Shown here: piece after piece, positions 11,474 through 23,400 of the stretch
How positions within the stretch are numbered: the first letter of the stretch is position 1
How the letters are laid out: every line of letters starts with the position of its first letter
From: Eledone cirrhosa
Lineage: Eukaryota
DNA length: 64,000 bases
Assembly: GCA_964016885.1 (NCBI GenBank)
Contig: OZ024740.1
Coordinates: 23,994,001-24,058,000, forward strand
Direction: 5' to 3'
The notes under the pieces: generated by a model
Databases searched by the model: none
What the model was told of the DNA's origin: nothing
Seen by the model: the letters and a program-made list of their open reading frames with translations, nothing else
Made by a program: the position numbers and the translations under genes

Positions 11474-14400
11474 CCAGTGGTGAAGGACACATACAGAATT
11501 AAAGGGTGTAGCCAGTGGTGAAGGAAACATACAGAATTAAAGGGTGTAGCCAGTGGTGAAGGAAACATACAGAGTTAAAGGGTGTAGCCAGTGGTGAAGG
11601 AAACTGAGAGAGTTAAAGGGTGTAGCCAGTGGTGAAGAAAACATACAGAGTTAAAGGGTGTAGCCAGTGGTGAAGGAAACATACAGAATTAAAGGGTGTA
11701 GCCAGTGGTGAAGGAAACATACAGAATTAAAGGGTGTAGCCAGTGGTGAAGGAAACATACAGAATTAAAGGGTGTAGCCAGTGGTGAAGGAAACATACAG
11801 AATTAAAGGGTGTAGCCAGTGGTGAAGGAAACATACAGAATTAAAGGGTGTAGCCAGTGGTGAAGGAAACATACAGAATTAAAGGGTGTAGCCAGTGGTG
11901 AAGGACACATACAGAATTAAAGGGTGTAGCCAGTGGTGAAGGAAACATACAGAATTAAAGGGTGTAGCCAGTGGTGAAGGACACATACAGAATTAAAGGG
12001 TGTAGCCAGTGGTGAAGGAAACTGAGAGAGTTAAAGGGTGTAGCCAGTGGTGAAGGAAACTGAGAAATTTAAAGGGTGTAGCCAGTAGTGAAGGAAACAT
12101 ACAGAATTAAAGGGTGTAGCCAGTGGTGAAGGAAACATACAGAATTAAAGGGTGTAGCCAGTGGTGAAGGAAACTGAGAGAGTTAAAGGGTGTAGCCAGT
12201 GGTGAAGGAAACATACAGAATTAAAGGGTGTAGCCAGTGGTGAAGGAAACATACAGAGTTAAAGGGTGTAGCCAGTGGTGAAGGAAACATACAGAATTAA
12301 AGGGTGTAGCCAGTGGTGAAGGAAACTGAGAGAGTTAAAGGGTGTAGCCAGTGGTGAAGGAAACATACAGAGTTAAAGGGTGTAGCCAGTGGTGAAGGAA
12401 ACATACAGAATTAAAGGGTGTAGCCAGTGGTGAAGGAAACTGAGAGAGTTAAAGGGTGTAGCCAGTGGTGAAGGAAACATACAGAGTTAAAGGGTGTAGC
12501 CAGTGGTGAAGGAAACATACAGAATTAAAGGGTGTAGCCAGTGGTGAAGGAAACATACAGAATTAAAGGGTGTAGCCAGTGGTGAAGGAAACATACAGAG
12601 TTAAAGGGTGTAGCCAGTGGTGAAGGAAACATACAGAATTAAAGGGTGTAGCCAGTGGTGAAGGAAACTGAGAGAGTTAAAGGGTGTAGCCAGTGGTGAA
12701 GGAAACATACAGAATTAAAGGGTGTAGCCAGTGGTGAAGGAAACATACAGAGTTAAAGGGTGTAGCCAGTGGTGAAGGAAACATACAGAATTAAAGGGTG
12801 TAGCCAGTGGTGAAGGAAACTGAGAGAGTTAAAGGGTGTAGCCAGTGGTGAAGGAAACATACAGAATTAAAGGGTGTAGCCAGTGGTGAAGGAAACTGAG
12901 AGAGTTAAAGGGTGTAGCCAGTGGTGAAGGAAACATACAGAATTAAAGGGTGTAGCCAGTGGTGAAGGAAACTGAGAGAGTTAAAGGGTGTAGCCAGTGG
13001 TGAAGGAAACATACAGAATTAAAGGGTGTAGCCAGTGGTGAAGGAAACTGAGAGAGTTAAAGGGTGTAGCCAGTGGTGAAGGAAACATACAGAATTAAAG
13101 GGTGTAGCCAGTGGTGAAGGAAACATACAGAGTTAAAGGGTGTAGCCAGTGGTGAAGGAAACATACAGAGTTAAAGGGTGTAGCCAGTGGTGAAGGAAAC
13201 TGAGAGAGTTAAAGCGTGTAGCCAGTGGTGAAGGAAACATACAGAATTAAAGGGTGTAGCCAGTGGTGAAGGCAACTGAGAGAGTTAAAGGGTGTAGCCA
13301 GTGGTGAAGGAAACATACAGAATTAAAGGGTGTAGCCAGTGGTGAAGGAAACTGAGAGAATTAAAGGGTGTAGCCAGTGGTGAAGGAAACATACAGAGTT
13401 AAAGGGTGTAGCCAGTGGTGAAGGAAACTGAGAGAGTTAAAGGGTGTAGCCAGTGGTGAAGGAAACATACAGAATTAAAGGGTGTAGCCAGTGGTGAAGG
13501 AAACTGAGAGAGTTAAAGGGTGTAGCCAGTGGTGAAGGAAACATACAGAATTAAAGGGTGTAGCCAGTGGTGAAGGAAACATACAGAGTTAAAGGGTGTA
13601 GCCAGTGGTGAAGGAAACATACAGAGTTAAAGGGTGTAGCCAGTGGTGAAGGACACATACAGAATTAAAGGGTGTAGCCAGTGGTGAAGGAAACATACAG
13701 AATTAAAGGGTGTAGCCAGTGGTGAAGGAAACTGAGAGAGTTAAAGGGTGTAGCCAGTGGTGAAGGAAACATACAGAATTAAAGGGTGTAGCCAGTGGTG
13801 AAGGAAACATACAGAATTAAAGGGTGTAGCCAGTGGTGAAGGAAACATACAGAGTTAAAGGGTGTAGCCAGTGGTGAAGGAAACATACAGAATTAAAGGG
13901 TGTAGCCAGTGGTGAAGGAAACTGAGAGAGTTAAAGGGTGTAGCCAGTGGTGAAGAAAACATACAGAATTAAAGGGTGTAGCCAGTGGTGAAGGAAACAT
14001 ACAGAGTTAAAGGGTGTAGCCAGTGGTGAAGGAAACATACAGAGTTAAAGGGTGTAGCCAGTGGTGAAGGAAACATACAGAATTAAAGGGTGTAGCCAGT
14101 GGTGAAGGAAACATACAGAATTAAAGGGTGTAGCCAGTGGTGAAGGAAACATACAGAATTAAAGGGTGTAGCCAGTGGTGAAGGAAACTGAGAGAGTTAA
14201 AGGGTGTAGCCAGTGGTGAAGGAAACATACAGAATTAAAGGGTGTAGCCAGTGGTGAAGGAAACATACAGAATTAAAGGGTGTAGCCAGTGGTGAAGGAA
14301 ACATACAGAATTAAAGGGTGTAGCCAGTGGTGAAGGAAACATACAGAATTAAAGGGTGTAGCCAGTGGTGAAGGAAACATACAGAGTTAAAGGGTGTAGC

Positions 14401-17400
14401 CAGTGGTGAAGGAAACATACAGAATTAAAGGGTGTAGCCAGTGGTGAAGGAAACATACAGAATTAAAGGGTGTAGCCAGTGGTGAAGGAAACATACAGAA
14501 TTAAAGGGTGTAGCCAGTGGTGAAGGAAACATACAGAATTAAAGGGTGTAGCCAGTGGTGAAGGAAACTGAGAGAGTTAAAGGGTGTAGCCAGTGGTGAA
14601 GGAAACATACAGAATTAAAGGGTGTAGCCAGTGGTGAAGGAAACATACAGAATTAAAGGGTGTAGCCAGTGGTGAAGGAAACATACAGAATTAAAGGGTG
14701 TAGCCAGTGGTGAAGGAAACATACAGAGTTAAAGGGTGTAGCCAGTGGTGAAGGAAACATACAGAATTAAAGGGTGTAGCCAGTGGTGAAGGAAACTGAG
14801 AGAGTTAAAGGGTGTAGCCAGTGGTGAAGGAAACATACAGAATTAAAGGGTGTAGCCAGTGGTGAAGGAAACTGAGAGTTAAAGGGTGTAGCCAGTGGTG
14901 AAGGAAACATACAGAATTAAAGGGTGTAGCCAGTGGTGAAGGAAACATACAGAATTAAAGGGTGTAGCCAGTGGTGAAGGAAACATACAGAATTAAAGGG
15001 TGTAGCCAGTTGTGAAGGAAACTGAGAGAGTTAAAGGGTGTAGCCAGTGGTGAAGGAAACATACAGAATTAAAGGGTGTAGCCAGTTGTGAAGGAAACTG
15101 AGAGAGTTAAAGGGTGTAGCCAGTGGTGAAGGAAACATACAGAATTAAAGGGTGTAGCCAGTGGTGAAGGAAACTGAGAAAGTTAAAGGGTGTAGCCAGT
15201 GGTGAAGGAAACATACAGAATTAAAGGGTGTAGCCAGTGGTGAAGGAAACATACAGAATTAAAGGGTGTAGCCAGTGGTGAAGGAAACTGAGAGAGTTAA
15301 AGGGTGTAGCCAGTGGTGAAGGAAACATACTGAATTAAAGGGTGTAGCCAGTGGTGAAGGAAACATACATAATTAAAGGGTGTAGCCAGTTGTGAAGGAA
15401 ACTGAGAGAGTTAAAGGGTGTAGCCAGTGGTGAAGGAAACATACAGAATTAAAGGGTGTAGCCAGTGGTGAAGGAAACATACAGAATTAAAGGGTGTAGC
15501 CAGTGGTGAAGGAAACATACAGAGTTAAAGGGTGTAGCCAGTGGTGAAGGAAACATACAGAATTAAAGGGTGTAGCCAGTGGTGAAGGAAACATACAGAA
15601 TTAAAGGGTGTAGCCAGTGGTGAAGGACACATACAGAATTAAAGGGTGTAGCCAGTGGTGAAGGAAACATACAGAATTAAAGGGTGTAGCCAGTGGTGAA
15701 GGACACATACAGAATTAAAGGGTGTAGCCAGTGGTGAAGGAAACATACAGAGTTAAAGGGTGTAGCTAGTAGTGAAGGAAACATACAGAATTAAAGGGTG
15801 TAGCCAGTGGTGAAGGAAACATACAGAATTAAAGGGTGTAGCCAGTGGTGAAGGAAACATACAGAATTAAAGGGTGTAGCCAGTGGTGAAGGAAACATAC
15901 AGAATTAAAGGGTGTAGCCAGTGGTGAAGGAAACATACAGAGTTAAAGGGTGTAGCTAGTGGTGAAGGAAACATACAGAATTAAAGGGTGTAGCCAGTGG
16001 TGAAGGAAACATACAGAGTTAAAGGGTGTAGCTAGTGGTGAAGGAAACATACAGAATTAAAGGGTGTAGCCAGTGGTGAAGGAAACTGAGAGAGTTAAAG
16101 GGTGTAGCCAGTGGTGAAGGAAACATACAGAATTAAAGGGTGTAGCCAGTGGTGAAGGAAACTGAGGGAGTTAAAGGGTGTAGCTAGTGGTGAAGGAAAC
16201 ATACAGAATTAAAGGGTGTAGCCAGTGGTGAAGGAAACTGAGAGAGTTAAAGGGTGTAGCCAGTGGTGAAGGAAACATACAGAATTAAAGGGTGTAGCCA
16301 GTGGTGAAGGAAACATACAGAATTAAAGGGTGTAGCCAGTGGTGAAGGAAACTGAGAGAGTTAAAGGGTGTAGCCAGTGGTGAAGGAAACTGAGAGAGTT
16401 AAAGGGTGTAGCCAGTGGTGAAGGAAACATACAGAATTAAAGGGTGTAGCCAGTGGTGAAAGAAACATACAGAATTACAGGGTGTAGCCAGTGGTGAAGG
16501 AAACATACAGAATTAAAGGGTGTAGCCAGTGGTGAAGGAAACTGAGAGAGTTAAAGGGTGTAGCTAGTGGTGAAGGAAACATACAGAATTACAGGGTGTA
16601 GCCAGTGGTGAAAGAAACATACAGAATTAAAGGGTGTAGCCAGTGGTGAAGGACACATACAGAATTAAAGGGTGTAGCCAGTGGTGAAAGAAACATACAG
16701 AATTAAAGGGTGTAGCCAGTGGTGAAAGAAACATACAGAATTAAAGGGTGTAGCCAGTGGTGAAGGAAACTGAGAGAGTTAAAGGGTGTAGCCAGTGGTG
16801 AAGGAAACATACAGAATTAAAGGATGTAGCCAGTGGTGAAGGAAACTGAGAGAGTTAAAGGGTGTAGCCAGTGGTGAAGGAAACTGAGAGAGTTAAAGGG
16901 TGTAGCCAGTGGTGAAGGAAACTGAGAAAGTTAAAGGGTGTAGCCAGTGGTGAAGGAAACTGAGAGAGTTAAAGGGTGTAGCCAGTGGTGAAGGAAACAT
17001 ACAGAATTAAAGGGTGTAGCCAGTGGTGAAGGAAACATACAGAATTAAAGGGTGTAGCCAGTGGTGAAGGAAACATACAGAATTAAAGGATGTAGCCAGT
17101 GGTGAAGGAAACTGAGAAAGTTAAAGGGTGTAGCCAGTGGTGAAGGAAACTGAGAGAGTTAAAGGGTGTAGCCAGTGGTGAAGGAAACTGAGAAAGTTAA
17201 AGGGTGTAGCCAGTGGTGAAGGAAACTGAGAGAGTTAAAGGGTGTAGCCAGTGGTGAAGGAAACATACAGAATTAAAGGGTGTAGCCAGTGGTGAAGGAA
17301 ACTGAGAAAGTTAAAGGATGTAGCCAGTGGTGAAGGAAACTGAGAGAGTTAAAGGGTGTAGCCAGTGGTGAAGGAAACATACAGAATTAAAGGGTGTAGC

Positions 17401-20400
17401 CGGTGGTGAAGGAAACTGAGAGAGTTAAAGGGTGTAGCCAGTGGTGAAGGAAACTGAGAAAGTTAAAGGGTGTAGCCAGTGGTGAAGGAAACATACAGAA
17501 TTAAAGGGTGTAGCCAGTGGTGAAGGAAACTGAGAGAGTTAAAGGGTGTAGCCAGTGGTGAAGGAAACTGAGAGAGTTAAAGGGTGTAGCCAGTGGTGAA
17601 GGAAACTGAGAAAGTTAAAGGGTGTAGCCAGTGGTGAAGGAAACTGAGAGAGTTAAAGGGTGTAGCCAGTGGTGAAGGAAACTGAGAGAGTTAAAGGGTG
17701 TAGCCAGTGGTGAAGGAAACATACAGAATTAAAGGGTGTAGCCAGTGGTGAAGGAAACTGAGAGAGTTAAAGGGTGTAGCCAGTGGTGAAGGAAACATAC
17801 AGAGTTAAAGGGTGTAGCCAGTGGTGAAGGAAACTGAGAGAGTTAAAGGGTGTAGCCAGTGGTGAAGGAAACATACAGAATTAAAGGGTGTAGCCAGTGG
17901 TGAAGGAAACTGAGAGAGTTAAAGGGTGTAGCCAGTGGTGAAGGAAACATACAGAGTTAAAGGGTGTAGCCAGTGGTGAAGGACACTGAGAGAGTTAAAG
18001 GGTGTAGCCAGTGGTGAAGGAAACATACAGAATTAAAGGGTGTAGCCAGTGGTGAAGGAAACTGAGAGAGTTAAAGGGTGTAGCCAGTGGTGAAGGAAAC
18101 ATACAGAATTAAAGGGTGTAGCCAGTGGTGAAAGAAACATACAGAATTACAGGGTGTAGCCAGTGGTGAAGGAAACATACAGAATTAAAGGGTGTAGCCA
18201 GTGGTGAAGGAAACTGAGAGAGTTAAAGGGTGTAGCTAGTGGTGAAGGAAACATACAGAATTACAGGGTGTAGCCAGTGGTGAAAGAAACATACAGAATT
18301 AAAGGGTGTAGCCAGTGGTGAAGGACACATACAGAATTAAAGGGTGTAGCCAGTGGTGAAAGAAACATACAGAATTAAAGGGTGTAGCCAGTGGTGAAAG
18401 AAACATACAGAATTAAAGGGTGTAGCCAGTGGTGAAGGAAACTGAGAGAGTTAAAGGGTGTAGCCAGTGGTGAAGGAAACATACAGAATTAAAGGATGTA
18501 GCCAGTGGTGAAGGAAACTGAGAGAGTTAAAGGGTGTAGCCAGTGGTGAAGGAAACTGAGAGAGTTAAAGGGTGTAGCCAGTGGTGAAGGAAACTGAGAA
18601 AGTTAAAGGGTGTAGCCAGTGGTGAAGGAAACTGAGAGAGTTAAAGGGTGTAGCCAGTGGTGAAGGAAACATACAGAATTAAAGGGTGTAGCCAGTGGTG
18701 AAGGAAACATACAGAATTAAAGGGTGTAGCCAGTGGTGAAGGAAACATACAGAATTAAAGGATGTAGCCAGTGGTGAAGGAAACTGAGAAAGTTAAAGGG
18801 TGTAGCCAGTGGTGAAGGAAACTGAGAGAGTTAAAGGGTGTAGCCAGTGGTGAAGGAAACTGAGAAAGTTAAAGGGTGTAGCCAGTGGTGAAGGAAACTG
18901 AGAGAGTTAAAGGGTGTAGCCAGTGGTGAAGGAAACATACAGAATTAAAGGGTGTAGCCAGTGGTGAAGGAAACTGAGAAAGTTAAAGGATGTAGCCAGT
19001 GGTGAAGGAAACTGAGAGAGTTAAAGGGTGTAGCCAGTGGTGAAGGAAACATACAGAATTAAAGGGTGTAGCCGGTGGTGAAGGAAACTGAGAGAGTTAA
19101 AGGGTGTAGCCAGTGGTGAAGGAAACTGAGAAAGTTAAAGGGTGTAGCCAGTGGTGAAGGAAACATACAGAATTAAAGGGTGTAGCCAGTGGTGAAGGAA
19201 ACTGAGAGAGTTAAAGGGTGTAGCCAGTGGTGAAGGAAACTGAGAGAGTTAAAGGGTGTAGCCAGTGGTGAAGGAAACTGAGAAAGTTAAAGGGTGTAGC
19301 CAGTGGTGAAGGAAACTGAGAGAGTTAAAGGGTGTAGCCAGTGGTGAAGGAAACTGAGAGAGTTAAAGGGTGTAGCCAGTGGTGAAGGAAACATACAGAA
19401 TTAAAGGGTGTAGCCAGTGGTGAAGGAAACTGAGAGAGTTAAAGGGTGTAGCCAGTGGTGAAGGAAACATACAGAGTTAAAGGGTGTAGCCAGTGGTGAA
19501 GGAAACTGAGAGAGTTAAAGGGTGTAGCCAGTGGTGAAGGAAACATACAGAATTAAAGGGTGTAGCCAGTGGTGAAGGAAACATACAGAGTTAAAGGGTG
19601 TAGCCAGTGGTGAAGGACACTGAGAGAGTTAAAGGGTGTAGCCAGTGGTGAAGGAAACATACAGAATTAAAGGGTGTAGCCAGTGGTGAAGGAAACTGAG
19701 AGAGTTAAAGGGTGTAGCCAGTGGTGAAGGAAACATACAGAGTTAAAGGGTGTAGCCAGTGGTGAAGGAAACATACAGAATTAAAGGGTGTAGCCAGTGG
19801 TGAAGGAAACATACAGAATTAAAGGGTGTAGCCAGTGGTGAAGGAAACATACAGAATTAAAGGGTGTAGCCAGTGGTGAAGGAAACATACAGAATTAAAG
19901 GGTGTAGCCAGTGGTGAAGGAAACTGAGAGAGTTAAAGGGTGTAGCCAGTGGTGAAGGAAACATACAGAGTAAAAGGGTGTAGCCAGTGGTGAAGGAAAC
20001 ATACAGAATTAAAGGGTGTAGCCAGTGGTGAAGGAAACATACAGAATTAAAGGGTGTAGCCAGTGGTGAAGGAAACATACAGAATTAAAGGGTGTAGCCA
20101 GTGGTGAAGGAAACATACAGAATTAAAGGGTGTAGCCAGTGGTGAAGGAAACTGAGAGAGTTAAAGGGTGTAGCCAGTGGTGAAGGAAACATACAGAGTT
20201 AAAGGGTGTAGCCAGTGGTGAAGGAAACTGAGAGAGTTAAAGGGTGTAGCCAGTGGTGAAGGAAACATACAGAATTAAAGGGTGTAGCCAGTGGTGAAGG
20301 AAACTGAGAGAGTTAAAGGGTGTAGCCAGTGGTGAAGGACACTGAGAGAGTTAAAGGGTGTAGCCAGTGGTGAAGGAAACTGAGAAAGTTAAAGGGTGTA

Positions 20401-23400
20401 GCCAGTGGTGAAGGAAACATACAGAATTAAAGGGTGTAGCCAGTGGTGAAGGAAACTGAGAGAGTTAAAGGGTGTAGCCAGTGGTGAAGGAAACATACAG
20501 AATTAAAGGGTGTAGCCAGTGGTGAAGGAAACTGAGAGAGTTAAAGGGTGTAGCCAGTGGTGAGGGAAACATACAGAATTAAAGGGTGTAGCCAGTGGTG
20601 AAGGAAACTGAGAGAGTTAAAGGGTGTAGCCAGTGGTGAAGGAAACATACAGAATTAAAGGGTGTAGCCAGTGGTGAAGGAAACATACAGAATTAAAGGG
20701 TGTAGCCAGTGGTGAAGGAAACATACAGAATTAAAGGGTGTAGCCAGTTGTGAAGGAAACTGAGAGAGTTAAAGGGTGTAGCCAGTGGTGAAGGAAACAT
20801 ACAGAATTAAAGGGTGTAGCCAGTTGTGAAGGAAACTGAGAGAGTTAAAGGGTGTAGCCAGTGGTGAAGGAAACATACAGAATTAAAGGGTGTAGCCAGT
20901 GGTGAAGGAAACTGAGAAAGTTAAAGGGTGTAGCCAGTGGTGAAGGAAACATACAGAATTAAAGGGTGTAGCCAGTGGTGAAGGAAACATACAGAATTAA
21001 AGGGTGTAGCCAGTGGTGAAGGAAACTGAGAGAGTTAAAGGGTGTAGCCAGTGGTGAAGGAAACATACTGAATTAAAGGGTGTAGCCAGTGGTGAAGGAA
21101 ACATACATAATTAAAGGGTGTAGCCAGTTGTGAAGGAAACTGAGAGAGTTAAAGGGTGTAGCCAGTGGTGAAGGAAACATACAGAATTAAAGGGTGTAGC
21201 CAGTGGTGAAGGAAACATACAGAATTAAAGGGTGTAGCCAGTGGTGAAGGAAACATACAGAGTTAAAGGGTGTAGCCAGTGGTGAAGGAAACATACAGAA
21301 TTAAAGGGTGTAGCCAGTGGTGAAGGAAACATACAGAATTAAAGGGTGTAGCCAGTGGTGAAGGACACATACAGAATTAAAGGGTGTAGCCAGTGGTGAA
21401 GGAAACATACAGAATTAAAGGGTGTAGCCAGTGGTGAAGGACACATACAGAATTAAAGGGTGTAGCCAGTGGTGAAGGAAACATACAGAGTTAAAGGGTG
21501 TAGCTAGTAGTGAAGGAAACATACAGAATTAAAGGGTGTAGCCAGTGGTGAAGGAAACATACAGAATTAAAGGGTGTAGCCAGTGGTGAAGGAAACATAC
21601 AGAATTAAAGGGTGTAGCCAGTGGTGAAGGAAACATACAGAATTAAAGGGTGTAGCCAGTGGTGAAGGAAACATACAGAGTTAAAGGGTGTAGCTAGTGG
21701 TGAAGGAAACATACAGAATTAAAGGGTGTAGCCAGTGGTGAAGGAAACATACAGAGTTAAAGGGTGTAGCTAGTGGTGAAGGAAACATACAGAATTAAAG
21801 GGTGTAGCCAGTGGTGAAGGAAACTGAGAGAGTTAAAGGGTGTAGCCAGTGGTGAAGGAAACATACAGAATTAAAGGGTGTAGCCAGTGGTGAAGGAAAC
21901 TGAGGGAGTTAAAGGGTGTAGCTAGTGGTGAAGGAAACATACAGAATTAAAGGGTGTAGCCAGTGGTGAAGGAAACTGAGAGAGTTAAAGGGTGTAGCCA
22001 GTGGTGAAGGAAACATACAGAATTAAAGGGTGTAGCCAGTGGTGAAGGAAACATACAGAATTAAAGGGTGTAGCCAGTGGTGAAGGAAACTGAGAGAGTT
22101 AAAGGGTGTAGCCAGTGGTGAAGGAAACTGAGAGAGTTAAAGGGTGTAGCCAGTGGTGAAGGAAACATACAGAATTAAAGGGTGTAGCCAGTGGTGAAAG
22201 AAACATACAGAATTACAGGGTGTAGCCAGTGGTGAAGGAAACATACAGAATTAAAGGGTGTAGCCAGTGGTGAAGGAAACTGAGAGAGTTAAAGGGTGTA
22301 GCTAGTGGTGAAGGAAACATACAGAATTACAGGGTGTAGCCAGTGGTGAAAGAAACATACAGAATTAAAGGGTGTAGCCAGTGGTGAAGGACACATACAG
22401 AATTAAAGGGTGTAGCCAGTGGTGAAAGAAACATACAGAATTAAAGGGTGTAGCCAGTGGTGAAAGAAACATACAGAATTAAAGGGTGTAGCCAGTGGTG
22501 AAGGAAACTGAGAGAGTTAAAGGGTGTAGCCAGTGGTGAAGGAAACATACAGAATTAAAGGATGTAGCCAGTGGTGAAGGAAACTGAGAGAGTTAAAGGG
22601 TGTAGCCAGTGGTGAAGGAAACTGAGAGAGTTAAAGGGTGTAGCCAGTGGTGAAGGAAACTGAGAAAGTTAAAGGGTGTAGCCAGTGGTGAAGGAAACTG
22701 AGAGAGTTAAAGGGTGTAGCCAGTGGTGAAGGAAACATACAGAATTAAAGGGTGTAGCCAGTGGTGAAGGAAACATACAGAATTAAAGGGTGTAGCCAGT
22801 GGTGAAGGAAACATACAGAATTAAAGGATGTAGCCAGTGGTGAAGGAAACTGAGAAAGTTAAAGGGTGTAGCCAGTGGTGAAGGAAACTGAGAGAGTTAA
22901 AGGGTGTAGCCAGTGGTGAAGGAAACTGAGAAAGTTAAAGGGTGTAGCCAGTGGTGAAGGAAACTGAGAGAGTTAAAGGGTGTAGCCAGTGGTGAAGGAA
23001 ACATACAGAATTAAAGGGTGTAGCCAGTGGTGAAGGAAACTGAGAAAGTTAAAGGATGTAGCCAGTGGTGAAGGAAACTGAGAGAGTTAAAGGGTGTAGC
23101 CAGTGGTGAAGGAAACATACAGAATTAAAGGGTGTAGCCGGTGGTGAAGGAAACTGAGAGAGTTAAAGGGTGTAGCCAGTGGTGAAGGAAACTGAGAAAG
23201 TTAAAGGGTGTAGCCAGTGGTGAAGGAAACATACAGAATTAAAGGGTGTAGCCAGTGGTGAAGGAAACTGAGAGAGTTAAAGGGTGTAGCCAGTGGTGAA
23301 GGAAACTGAGAGAGTTAAAGGGTGTAGCCAGTGGTGAAGGAAACTGAGAAAGTTAAAGGGTGTAGCCAGTGGTGAAGGAAACTGAGAGAGTTAAAGGGTG

